Shown here: positions 29,701 through 37,885 of the stretch, in pieces
How positions within the stretch are numbered: the stretch's first letter is position 1
How the letters are laid out: each line of letters starts with the position of its first letter
Virus record (IMG/VR): IMGVR_UViG_3300045988_048443
DNA length: 64,000 nt
DNA from: a virus
Strand: one strand, 5' to 3'
Made by a program: the position numbers and the translations under genes
The notes under the pieces: generated by a model
Told to the model about the DNA's origin: nothing
The model's database searches: none
Seen by the model: only the letters and a program-made list of their open reading frames with translations

Positions 29701-32700
29701 AGCATTTAGTGTTACTCGTGATACTTTTGTTTCTGTTTGTAATACGGTTCAACCTACTATCAATAGTGATTATGAAGTAACAATTTCTTATGATAAAGAT
29801 AAGTATGATGCTAAAGAACTTATAGATAGATTTGGCGAAGCTAATGTTACTACTGATGAAGAGACAGGCGATTATCTTGTAACTCATACTACTATTGGTT
29901 GGACTAATGATAATAAAAATGTAGACGGACGTATTCTTACTGCATATACTTCTCAAACTACTGCTCATATTCTTGATGCTGTTAAAGAAGGTGCTATTCC
30001 AAATGTAAATGATTTTACTTTTGCAGTATATAAAACTCTTCCTGATATTGGTAGTAATTATGATACAACTGTTGCATTTATTATGCAACCTGCTATTAGT
30101 CGTATCGTAGAAGAGTATAATGCTAATAAGTCTATTTATGCCGAAAATACTTCTAAGCCTATTCATAATGCTATTAAAAAATTAGCTATTGAAATGAATA
30201 TTGGAGTAACAGAAGATGACAATATTAAAGCTGTAATAGACAAAGTAAATAATGCTCTAGATACGGAATATAGTCTTACTTCTAATAATAGAGTTATTCT
30301 TAATTATAAAGAACTAGCCAATAGACTTAATCAAAAGGAGAGCCGCCCCGTAGAAGATATGATATATGATATGTCTATACTTTTTGCTTATAATGATATT
30401 AATCGTTTAGCTCAAGGTATTAGTTCTTTAGCTCGTGTTTGTAATCCTGATAGATTTGGTGCTAAACAAACTCTTTTTGCTACTAATAAAGTATTTACTG
30501 ATATTCAAGAAATTGTCAATGGTGAAAATGCTAATATAGAAAATGTTCTTTCTGTTAAAGATAAAGATAACGAAATGTCTTTCCTTGAAGCTATTTATCC
30601 TGGTCTTCTTACTAAAAATGCTGCTGGTAACAAAGTTGTAGATATTAGAAGTTATATGATGGATAAACATAATGATAGTCAATCTAAATATCCTTCTCTT
30701 CATTGCTTCTTAAAGTATGCTACTGCTACATCTAGTAGTATTAATAGTATGTTATTTGATACTCAAACTGATAGTTTTAAGAATCTTGTTTATAGTCTTG
30801 AGAATACTTTTAGTGATAGAAGTCGTAATATTAATGAGAAAGAATATAATGATTTTCAACAATATATTCTTAGTAGTATATATAATCATGTTGCTCCAGT
30901 AATGTATAGCAGTAAAGTATTTGCTGAACAAGACGGTACATTAGCTTATGGTTTTGATAACGAAAGTGATACTATTGCTGAACGTCAAAGAATCTTTGGA
31001 TATAATGCTAAACCTCAGTTTAACTTTGATTGTGAATATATTAATAGACCAACTCCTTCTGAAGTAGAAGCTTTTGCTAAACTTACTCCTGCTCAAAAGG
31101 TTGCTTATCTTCAAAGTAAATCGGAAGATGCTGGTATATTTGGTTTGCTTAAAGTAAACTTGTTCAATCAATATGAATATAATACTACTGGTCAATCTAA
31201 GCAAAGCATTCAATTTAAAGATGATACTACTGATGTAGAAACTGCTTATATGTTATTCGACCAAGCAGCTAATAGTGATAATCCTCTTGTTAAACTTGCA
31301 GCTATTGATATGATTAAGTATGCTTTTGCTGTTGAGAATTTCAAGATGAGACGTAATGGTATTAGTAAAGTTATTACAAACGATGCTCTTAGAAATGCTG
31401 ATTTGTTTGGTGGTAAATCTGCTATTGATTATATAGTTGATGAGTTTAATAACTTTGCTGGAACTTATGATGTTGCTGAACGTTATGTTCGTTCTCATAG
31501 TGATAGCAATTTTATCTATCATAAAACAGTTAAGAATGTTCGTAGAAATGGTACTTATGTTTCTGAATTAAGTAAGTTCAAGAAGCCAAATAATCTTTTT
31601 GTATTTGATTTATCTGATGTTAGTATTGTTGGAGAAAAGATTGTTAATCTTAGACGTGACATAGAAGCTACTACTGATGAGAGTGAAATTACTGCACTTA
31701 ATACAGAACTTAAAACAGCTCTTGCTGAATATAATAATTTAAAGTCTCAAAGAGCACTTGCTACTAAGTATGGTTTCATTAATGAATCAAATACTAATGA
31801 TGACTTTTATGCAAATCATTATGTTCATCTTAATGAAAAAGTAGGTAAAGAATATAAAGCTAGACTTTATAAAATCGTTGAAAATAACGATAAAATATAC
31901 GCTTATCCTATTACCAAACTTGATGAAAATGAAACTGGTGAAGTAAGTCTCAATAGAGAAAATACTAAAGGTTATAGAAGTGAAGGTTTTTATATTGATT
32001 ATATTAATAGATTAGAGAAGGGAGATACTCCTAATATGGACGAACTTAATGAAATGGCTCAAGCTTATAAGTTTAATGTAAAACATATTAAACTTAAAAA
32101 CGCTAATGCTTTTGATATTAATAATCCTAGTAAGTATCAGGAAGCTTCTGCTAAGTTTACTATTAATGAAATTCTTAATAAATATCCTCAAAGTAATGGT
32201 AAAGAATTTACTATTCAGAGTTTCTATTTAAGAAGTAAATCGATTGGTACTGTATTTGGTAATCCTCAACACATTAAAGGAACTTATGTTACTATAGAAG
32301 ATGGTAAAGAAGTTACTAATGAAGTTGATGAAATATTTGAATTTAGAGCTCCTAGAAAATCTGAAGTAGAAAGAGCTAAAGATTTAGGTATTAACGTACC
32401 TTATAACACTTACTTTGTAAGAGTTAAATCAAAAGGTAAACCTAATGCTACTTTGAATACTAATTCTAAACTTGGTGCTAGTGTTCTTGATTTCTCTATT
32501 GATGCTTATAATGACATGAATCGTAGAAGTCATGAAGGCGATTATTCTGCTCGTAAAAAAGTAAATAATCTTTCAGCTAAAGGTTTTAATGCTACACGTA
32601 ATGAGTTCCAATCTCAAGCTGAAGATGTTTATTACAATATAACAACTTATGTTGAAGACAAAGTTAATGACATTACTCAACAACTTAATCAGTTTGTTGA

Positions 32701-35700
32701 AGATAAGGGTCATTTCTTACCTGTAAATGATGCTCGTACTATAGATATTATTAGAAATAATCCTGCTGAAAGAAGAAGATATTTAAAGACTCTTCTTGAT
32801 GCTAGAGCATTGATTAGTAAATATGGTAATATTGCTTCAGTTAAAGTTAATAAAGCTGTAGATATTGATAATACTATAGCTTATGTAGAAAGACTTCAAA
32901 ATGCAATTAAACAACTTACAGATACTTCTATTATTGAACAAGCTGAAAAGTTGTTTGCTAATGATTATCTTGCAAAGCTTAGTGATAATCCTCAAATTCA
33001 AAATAATCTTATTAGTGTATTTGATGGTTTTCATTCTACTAGTTGGTTTGATGCTTGGGTTGGTGATTTACAGGATTCTGGTAATGCTTTTATACAAGTA
33101 CTTACTAAAAATGTAATGTCTGATATTAGAGCTAAAGAACTTCAAGCTAGAAGAACTGTAGATATTTTCAATAAAGAGATAGATAAAATATTTGCTGATG
33201 CAAAAGCTGCTGGTGTTAGTTTGTCATTTGATGATATTATTGATGCTGATGGTAGATTTATTCGTCCTTATAATGATAATTTTGAAAATGATTTAAATAA
33301 ACTTAGACAAGATGAGCGTAACGCTAAATCAGATATAATTAATAATCCTGAAGCTTACGTTGAAGCTAAGCATAAACTTGATAAGTTTTTATTAGACCAT
33401 GTAAATCGTAAGTTTGTTGATAGTTATTATAAAGAACTTTATGATGCTCAGGATGAACTTTATAGAAATCATAGACCTATACTTGAAGAGTATATTAAAA
33501 CAAAAGCTATGATTTCTGAAATTAATGACAGTAGGGTTGATGGTACACTTAGTCCTGAAAAGGAAACTGAATTAAAGAATCTTTGGTATCATCTTAATGA
33601 TATTCGTTCTGAATATGATTTAAATAATGGTGAACCTAAAGAAAGTTTTATTATGGGTTATCCTGGTATGAATCCTTCAACTGGTGAAGTTGTAGACAAA
33701 GAAAGATACCATAAAGCTAGAATAAATAATGCTGATGATTGTAAAGCTCTTGATAAATATCTCAAAACTGTCAATGATATTCGTAATAAGTATAATGATA
33801 GTAGAGTTCGTAAAGGTTTTGAAGACCAATTAAAGCGTATGCTTGATATTGTTGAAACTGCTGAAGCTAGAGACCCATCTGGTAGAATTAGTATTCCTGC
33901 TTCTCAACTTGAAATGAATAAAGAATATAAAGCTGCAAAAGCTTGGCTTGCTACTAATGCTAAATGGACAGTTGACCCAAGCATTCAAGAAGCTATACAT
34001 GAAGCATATAAAACTATGGGTTATAAGGGTGAAAATAATAGTAAGCTTAAAGTATATCTTAGAAAACTTAAAGCTACTAATGTAAATCCTTATGATGAAT
34101 TTGGTCGCTTAGATGGTACTATATTTACTGAAGAACAACAAGCTGCTATTCAAGAAGAAGCTCAGAAACGTTTTAATAATACAAAATATGGTATGGAAAA
34201 TGACCGTATTCTTATTAGTAATGGTCCTGAAGATGATGTTGTTTATCCTGCTGAAGTTTATAAAAGACTTGCAGCTAATGGTGTTCCAAATAAAAAGTAT
34301 CAGCAAATAGTGAAACAAGTTAATGAAATACTTGCTCCACATTATGACATTGCTACTAAACATGTTGCTACTTCAGAGCTTACTGAGGAAGAACTTGATA
34401 AACTTTATCAAGCTTATCAACCTTTGTTTGCAGGTATGAAGAAAACAGAAGATAGTACTAATGGTAAATCTATTGCTTATTTTGTTACTCGTTTTGTAGA
34501 TTTAGATAATTACAATAAAGAAGCATTCAATCTAGAAGAAGAACGAGCTAAAGCTAAAGGAGCTAAGTATTATAAAGCTTGGGAACGAGTTAATAAAATG
34601 GGTATTCCAAAACTTGATGATAAATATCAAGTTGTTACTGATGCTTCAGGTAATATAGTTTATGATGAAACTAAGGATAGAATACCTAATCGTTACATCT
34701 ATGGTACTCTTAAAGTAGATATGGATAAATATCTCAAGACAAAAGGTAAAAAGAAAGCTGAACAACTTCGCAAACAAATGAACGAAAGAACTGAAGCTTA
34801 TCGTACTATACATAATAATCTTGAGACTGTTAATACTCCTTATTATGAAGCTGAACTTAAAAAGCAAAGAGCAAAAGGTGATGCTGAGTTTAAGAAGTGG
34901 TATGATAGAAACCATGTATTTAATCCTTATACTCATAGAATGGAGCCTACTGTAATATGGAGAAAAACTCAAGTTATACCTGCTGTTGCAAATGGTGAAT
35001 GGAATGCTGGTTATACTCAAACTGAACTTGCTCCTAAACGTGCATATAAAAATGAAGATTATGCAGAAGGTGTAGGTTATATTGATAATTATAAGAAAAC
35101 TGATGATAAAACTTATGATTCAGAAGTTGTTCTTAATAAATATCAACGAGACCTTATGGAACATATTCAAAAGACTCTTAATGCTCTTGCTCAAACTGAA
35201 TCTGCAAAACGTTTTATAGGTAGAGGTTATCTTCCTTCTATGAATAAAGGTGCAGAACATGATGCAAAATGGTGGGGAAAACAATTCTTAGAGTTCCTTG
35301 GATATAGTGATAAACTTCAAAATGGTAGAGACCCTTTCTATCATATAGATTATGCTGATGATAAAGCTATTGATATGCCTATGTTAATGGAACAACTTAG
35401 AAATAAAGATTCTGTTAATATAGAGAATATTAAAAAGACTAAGCCACAGCGTATATCTTATGCTGATGATGAAGAATATAATGCTGCACTTACAGCTTAT
35501 AATAAACGTATGGAAGAAGCATTGAAGAAGAATAAAGAAATTCATCGTGCTTTACTTAATAGAGATTATCGTACTGTACTTTCAAATTTCATTACTCAAG
35601 CTGCTCATTTTAATGCTATACAAGATAATAAGTATATGCTTTACTATGGTAAAGAAATGCTTGATAGAATGGAAGTGTATCAAAAGAATGTAGGTTGGAG

Positions 35701-37531
35701 TAATCTAAAGAAAGACCATCAAAGAGGTGCTAGAGGTGAAACTCGTTATCTTACTCAAAAAGATGAAAGACTTCAAGGTCAATATGAGAATTGGATACGT
35801 AGAATTATCTATAATCAGTTTAAAGAAAGTAATGCTAACTTTACTAAAGTTAGTAGTCTTCTTCAATCTTTTACTAGTGCTAAATTTATGATGCTTAATA
35901 TTACTGGTGGTATCGGTAACGTTACTGTTGGTGAATCAGGTATAGCAGGTGAGTGGATAGCTAAAGAATTTCTTGGTGCTAAAGACTATGCTCGTGGTAA
36001 AGCTTTATGGATGCACAATTCATGGAGTTTTATTAATGACCTTGGTAAAAATAAAGCTTCAACATTAGCTAGTGCCATAGTTAAAGAGATGAATGTTATT
36101 GACTTTGACCAACTTGCTGGTATTAGTGATGGTAATCATCTTGATGCAGGTACTGCTTTTGAGAAACTTAGAAATGCTCTTTATTCTCCTAATGCTATGG
36201 GTGAACATTTTATGCAAAATGCTGCTATGTTTAGTCTTATGTATAGTAATAGACTTGTACCTGTAGTTGATGCTGAAAACAGAGGTAAACTCAAGTATCG
36301 TGCTATGAGTAAATATGAATATATTGCTGATTGTCATGAGAAAGCTTTAAAGAAGATTATTAAAGGTACTGAATTTGAAGCTAAGTTTAATAATTATGTT
36401 GGTACTATAAAAGAAGACGCTAATAAACTTAAAGAGTTTGTTTTTGGTCGTAAAGATTTTACTACTGAATTTGCTAGAACTCTTCCTAATAAGATGCAAA
36501 AAGAATTTGTTAAAGTAAAGAAGGAACTTGAAAAGACTGCAACTGCTGATTTTGAAAAGAATAGTACTCTTATTGAAAATCTTGATTTAAAAGACGGTAA
36601 ACTAACTTTTAAAGAAGGTAGTAAACTTGCAGAACTTGATGCGCTTAGCGCAGATAAAGAAGTTTCTGATGCTTATAAACTTCTTGGTGAATTTAAAGGT
36701 AAAGTTATTAGTGTTAATAAAGAGATACATGGTGTATACGATAAGCTTGGTGCTGCACAACTTGAAAAGCATTGGTGGGGTAGTCTTGCTATGCAATATC
36801 ATAAACATATATATCCTGGTATTCTTAAACATTATAGAAGACAAGGTTATTTTAATGAAGAACGTGGAGCTTTTACATTAGGTTGTGGTCCTGCTCTTAT
36901 AGATTTCCTTTCAATGCCTTTAGATAAGATTAAAGCTGATAGAGAAATTAATGGTACTCAACTTGGTGCATTACAAACTCTTCAAAAGTTGTTTACAGGT
37001 TATGTAGATATGGCTACAAACTTTAGTACAAACTGGAATATGTTACCTCGTTATCAACGTGCTGCAATACTTAGAGCTATGGGTAATGTTGCCGGTTCAG
37101 TAGCTGCTATTTCTATGGCTCTTGCTGCTCATGCTATTTGGGACGATAAAGAACTTGAAAATAGTACTTTAGGAAATCTTCTTATTTATGAAGCAGATAG
37201 TCTTGCAACACAAGTTATGATGTATACTCCTCCATTTGTTATAACTGAGGGTAAGAAGTTATATAGTTCTCCTATTGCAGCTCAAACTATGCCTAGTGAT
37301 ATTCTTAAAGCTATGAATATTATAGCAGAAGGACTTATAGCTGGTGATGATTATAACTGGGATTATAGTAGTGGTAGATATGCTAAAGAGAATAAACTTT
37401 ATGTTCTTACTACTAGACAGATACCTATTTATAGAGGTTATAGTAATATTGTTGGTCTTGATAAGAGTAACAGTTACTATAAATTAGGAGATAATATACT
37501 TGGTATAATACCTACTAATGTAAATAAGTAA
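23705..37531 (+). CDS. Virion-packaged RNA polymerase-like giant protein (4608 aa, single ORF)
   Basis: A 13.8-kb uninterrupted ORF. DFDID at 28853-28867 (context QTGSDFDIDSVYG) matches the DxDxD metal-binding loop of the double-psi beta-barrel catalytic domain reported for crAss-like/YonO-type single-subunit RNAPs. It is the last gene of the virion module. Confidence 0.65.
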   Translation: MANCPITPKDFLGTETGTRLKELCGNDVVKFNAITTLVYNPESKTGFTKEFDDYRLGNDAAQEALEFYNSRHFSVGAQTTKSKFNDIVTRFGYTSTTAKVMANRVTGNNILTFFANDVVKGKFNKDNNNANFYANRVVSFGAVQVAKKYFENKGQKFTNKEILGLVNQILGFTSDGDFEKTDDVFANASREDKNFYAMVKEMILNKVSFFNSIYAGDSRLGMLRFKSDEAIDEKADLDSEMESILNGDENDELADFNKEFDVDGTTARWDDNSGMGSNFMKGIDEDIRMILFTIPKLNDINKVDGRYNYDRSNELGTIDFIDGKKVTAAIISKISRDNITSFINSIKTIAEQNKEMSGLIKLYEDLKTNRDFAIRFRSQFVKTIMPKTETRTESDGTVRAVLSNKESNRRQSLIFSFQNNVKHTTLNVDPNAIEVFRSAVESAKRRYKLSAKNEIRRNAAFADIVANLTKALKAYYPDMDVNAIRNYLIGNKTNGHVDVVINTSNLLAHLKNISDASIKANDNLREEQEHKRKWNREEHDDNETYVPLHSEIIPATAVAAANSFAADIEAYSTVALQFNSKNVLGNQSSDIINSSMITYLMNAINGTEMSVDAEGKLSPEALIQYGNEKFRVNSKEKGNQYNLSNILLEQRGVDGKIKVFGLFRKLGDKYVPTEYAKDLINVSLFNGAGNPNTGQNVLYSGMSKMDYIYSAVANFVNTEADYLSKNEYDIDFANYFMRVPSDAPKNFIIRAARYKTKGGKYGNLFNVENSKEVSQAIENYLDTEIPSETRADNEVKTSKFVNLTTNKEYNQMVHDLTTKTIGRRKIMPFNILEGKNHKSGFEITVGYKYTDDSGKVDKYELHGTLDIDSNGAYYITGAKPVLISSMNEIKVSDRFSPTLYQSLVSKINRRANVTGMIGNTKVNRVINTNHPLYIQYRNMFVQELTDMAHSINQWFETDNTGKILRWQKNENPELAEQPKFKGDWGFDEESARRAYTVYEVGKGHKHFVEMNPTTKALTFTGRLFHDDRFELTDKDGNVDNKAEKLLEKMFPSLYGADIDGYIHFTANGDEVTVNLSKEQEDEIANMISDFITTYVNQQVEKFDNFKSIDVANIINDDNVADFVLNYRLMCGNFNDLFEGDTKFYKDNQTLLKRTKEDQASGVPYGFADYTTNYANEMVDVAFSELNTSRVQAEFASYKNPLNVTQRNKFRGVTIKNTIRTSEECKVATFDKDGKQLSEDGSLVKDLVKNAGLTIDQARTLIGGPIQYENGKPVIKNGVVQRKGGYQGTTVNDAQSYITFEEWVRRIAGRGKLSEYLPLIKKIQNDEPLSSGDIDTFVQVQKNFYYDHYFDKYSKRFVPRQIKNAEFVLVPRFIKGTQLEQVYNLMKDNGIDQLNTEETSKAGKARVLEIFDSKTGEVTQKHIDDFNAHAKDYVEEYDYNHLYTQQETPQHMNAENKAGIQIMKKIVDNIPVNSRLYEKKEEFFKLYSTNIRDSFNSLASELNIPRDANGNILFEADGTIKGIDYHTFFNKLKEECMRLGLDSNMMDYVTLAEQAVNPITGRPNANMPMILSNAITKLESVSQSVFNRAITRQTLPGFHAAQITNVGFKATKEQISYSKELRYHPVTKEHPEGERYVEIMLPASNFGFAKNADGSYKKNKEALLKELQAAHLDTLIGYRIPTEGKQSVCVMKVVGLLDDAQGSTIVVPDDWVSQTGSDFDIDSVYGIQYSSYVDKHGNIRKQSYSDELDIYDYANYVNRHLEKADKIKDKSVREAFEKLNKEIDEQFEKSRKELAEEETQAYDALSDETKELVKAAHKDFESQAVKNPETGKLTKDSYLKQLQFVADYIRTNKTNLDAADDNFISVHEDMVDSISNEYIDKKAFKSDKAKEILQARIDKFNKAAKNLGIMSYNEYLAQNVEDANTRNARNNRILDDMIDILKDNISLEENLSRSNFDDIINARDKVINPVVKKIRNARSSYDFLDQADYQEDVMSGAKLKAFSVTRDTFVSVCNTVQPTINSDYEVTISYDKDKYDAKELIDRFGEANVTTDEETGDYLVTHTTIGWTNDNKNVDGRILTAYTSQTTAHILDAVKEGAIPNVNDFTFAVYKTLPDIGSNYDTTVAFIMQPAISRIVEEYNANKSIYAENTSKPIHNAIKKLAIEMNIGVTEDDNIKAVIDKVNNALDTEYSLTSNNRVILNYKELANRLNQKESRPVEDMIYDMSILFAYNDINRLAQGISSLARVCNPDRFGAKQTLFATNKVFTDIQEIVNGENANIENVLSVKDKDNEMSFLEAIYPGLLTKNAAGNKVVDIRSYMMDKHNDSQSKYPSLHCFLKYATATSSSINSMLFDTQTDSFKNLVYSLENTFSDRSRNINEKEYNDFQQYILSSIYNHVAPVMYSSKVFAEQDGTLAYGFDNESDTIAERQRIFGYNAKPQFNFDCEYINRPTPSEVEAFAKLTPAQKVAYLQSKSEDAGIFGLLKVNLFNQYEYNTTGQSKQSIQFKDDTTDVETAYMLFDQAANSDNPLVKLAAIDMIKYAFAVENFKMRRNGISKVITNDALRNADLFGGKSAIDYIVDEFNNFAGTYDVAERYVRSHSDSNFIYHKTVKNVRRNGTYVSELSKFKKPNNLFVFDLSDVSIVGEKIVNLRRDIEATTDESEITALNTELKTALAEYNNLKSQRALATKYGFINESNTNDDFYANHYVHLNEKVGKEYKARLYKIVENNDKIYAYPITKLDENETGEVSLNRENTKGYRSEGFYIDYINRLEKGDTPNMDELNEMAQAYKFNVKHIKLKNANAFDINNPSKYQEASAKFTINEILNKYPQSNGKEFTIQSFYLRSKSIGTVFGNPQHIKGTYVTIEDGKEVTNEVDEIFEFRAPRKSEVERAKDLGINVPYNTYFVRVKSKGKPNATLNTNSKLGASVLDFSIDAYNDMNRRSHEGDYSARKKVNNLSAKGFNATRNEFQSQAEDVYYNITTYVEDKVNDITQQLNQFVEDKGHFLPVNDARTIDIIRNNPAERRRYLKTLLDARALISKYGNIASVKVNKAVDIDNTIAYVERLQNAIKQLTDTSIIEQAEKLFANDYLAKLSDNPQIQNNLISVFDGFHSTSWFDAWVGDLQDSGNAFIQVLTKNVMSDIRAKELQARRTVDIFNKEIDKIFADAKAAGVSLSFDDIIDADGRFIRPYNDNFENDLNKLRQDERNAKSDIINNPEAYVEAKHKLDKFLLDHVNRKFVDSYYKELYDAQDELYRNHRPILEEYIKTKAMISEINDSRVDGTLSPEKETELKNLWYHLNDIRSEYDLNNGEPKESFIMGYPGMNPSTGEVVDKERYHKARINNADDCKALDKYLKTVNDIRNKYNDSRVRKGFEDQLKRMLDIVETAEARDPSGRISIPASQLEMNKEYKAAKAWLATNAKWTVDPSIQEAIHEAYKTMGYKGENNSKLKVYLRKLKATNVNPYDEFGRLDGTIFTEEQQAAIQEEAQKRFNNTKYGMENDRILISNGPEDDVVYPAEVYKRLAANGVPNKKYQQIVKQVNEILAPHYDIATKHVATSELTEEELDKLYQAYQPLFAGMKKTEDSTNGKSIAYFVTRFVDLDNYNKEAFNLEEERAKAKGAKYYKAWERVNKMGIPKLDDKYQVVTDASGNIVYDETKDRIPNRYIYGTLKVDMDKYLKTKGKKKAEQLRKQMNERTEAYRTIHNNLETVNTPYYEAELKKQRAKGDAEFKKWYDRNHVFNPYTHRMEPTVIWRKTQVIPAVANGEWNAGYTQTELAPKRAYKNEDYAEGVGYIDNYKKTDDKTYDSEVVLNKYQRDLMEHIQKTLNALAQTESAKRFIGRGYLPSMNKGAEHDAKWWGKQFLEFLGYSDKLQNGRDPFYHIDYADDKAIDMPMLMEQLRNKDSVNIENIKKTKPQRISYADDEEYNAALTAYNKRMEEALKKNKEIHRALLNRDYRTVLSNFITQAAHFNAIQDNKYMLYYGKEMLDRMEVYQKNVGWSNLKKDHQRGARGETRYLTQKDERLQGQYENWIRRIIYNQFKESNANFTKVSSLLQSFTSAKFMMLNITGGIGNVTVGESGIAGEWIAKEFLGAKDYARGKALWMHNSWSFINDLGKNKASTLASAIVKEMNVIDFDQLAGISDGNHLDAGTAFEKLRNALYSPNAMGEHFMQNAAMFSLMYSNRLVPVVDAENRGKLKYRAMSKYEYIADCHEKALKKIIKGTEFEAKFNNYVGTIKEDANKLKEFVFGRKDFTTEFARTLPNKMQKEFVKVKKELEKTATADFEKNSTLIENLDLKDGKLTFKEGSKLAELDALSADKEVSDAYKLLGEFKGKVISVNKEIHGVYDKLGAAQLEKHWWGSLAMQYHKHIYPGILKHYRRQGYFNEERGAFTLGCGPALIDFLSMPLDKIKADREINGTQLGALQTLQKLFTGYVDMATNFSTNWNMLPRYQRAAILRAMGNVAGSVAAISMALAAHAIWDDKELENSTLGNLLIYEADSLATQVMMYTPPFVITEGKKLYSSPIAAQTMPSDILKAMNIIAEGLIAGDDYNWDYSSGRYAKENKLYVLTTRQIPIYRGYSNIVGLDKSNSYYKLGDNILGIIPTNVNK
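26855..26875 (-). repeat. GC-motif copy (reverse orientation) inside a CDS
   Basis: The reverse complement reads ATCCGCCCCGTAAAGAGAAGG. It encodes S-L-Y-G-A-D. Confidence 0.85.
30343..30361 (+). repeat. GC-motif copy inside a CDS
   Basis: CCGCCCCGTAGAAGATATG, identical over 19 nt to 50178-50196. It encodes R-P-V-E-D-M. Confidence 0.9.
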
Positions 37532-37533
37532 AT

Positions 37534-37572
37534 CCGCCCCGTAGAAGACATCAATAGCGATACTTCTACTAA
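37534..37572 (+). repeat. GC-motif copy with an attached hairpin (CCGCCCCGTAGAAG-N15-CTTCTACTAAT), 3 nt after the RNAP stop codon
   Basis: GTAGAAG (37541-37547) pairs with CTTCTAC (37563-37569) around a 15-nt loop. The geometry and trailing TAAT are the same as at 3741-3773. Confidence 0.8.
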
Positions 37573-37587
37573 TAAGAATTAAATAAT

Positions 37588-37653
37588 ACCTTTATCTGTT
37601 GGAGATATTAATATTAATAGTATCTTTGCAACAGATAAAGGTTTTCTTATTTT
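37588..37653 (+). terminator. Strong rho-independent terminator of the late operon
   Basis: Perfect 14-bp stem: ACCTTTATCTGTTG (37588-37601) with CAACAGATAAAGGT (37629-37642). There is inner AGATA/TATCT pairing, then TTTCTTATTTT. Confidence 0.8.
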
Positions 37654-37690
37654 GCCATGAAATTACTACAGATGTATGCGAAACTTTTAT

Positions 37691-37761
37691 TGCTCTATGG
37701 TGTAATGGTAGCACTACAGTTTTTGGTTCTGTCAGTGGTGGTTCGAGTCCGCCTGGAGTAA
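37691..37761 (+). tRNA. tRNA-Gln (anticodon UUG)
   Basis: Hand-folded cloverleaf. Acceptor TGCTCTA/TGGAGTA (two G-U pairs, U1-A72). D arm GTGT-AATGGTA-GCAC. Anticodon arm ACAG(T)-TTTTGGT-(T)CTGT with U33 and anticodon TTG at 37723-37725. T arm GGTGG-TTCGAGT-CCGCC. Discriminator A; no encoded CCA. Confidence 0.75.
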
Positions 37762-37849
37762 CAAATGCTATAAGTTCTAAACTACTTGCTAAAATAAATG
37801 GTTATAGGGTTTTTAAATGCTGTTTATGGTAATACTTATAAAGGCTTCT

Positions 37850-37885
37850 GAGCTAGATAGTCGTGATGACTGTCTAGCTCTTTTT
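37850..37885 (+). terminator. Rho-independent terminator downstream of the tRNA
   Basis: GAGCTAGATAG (37850-37860) pairs with CTGTCTAGCTC (37870-37880). The loop is 9 nt and is followed by TTTTT. Confidence 0.75.

Noticed and set aside
37599-37832. 77-aa + strand ORF in the junction region
   Set aside because: It runs straight through the terminator loop and the tRNA-Gln gene (37691-37761). The tRNA fold explains the sequence better.
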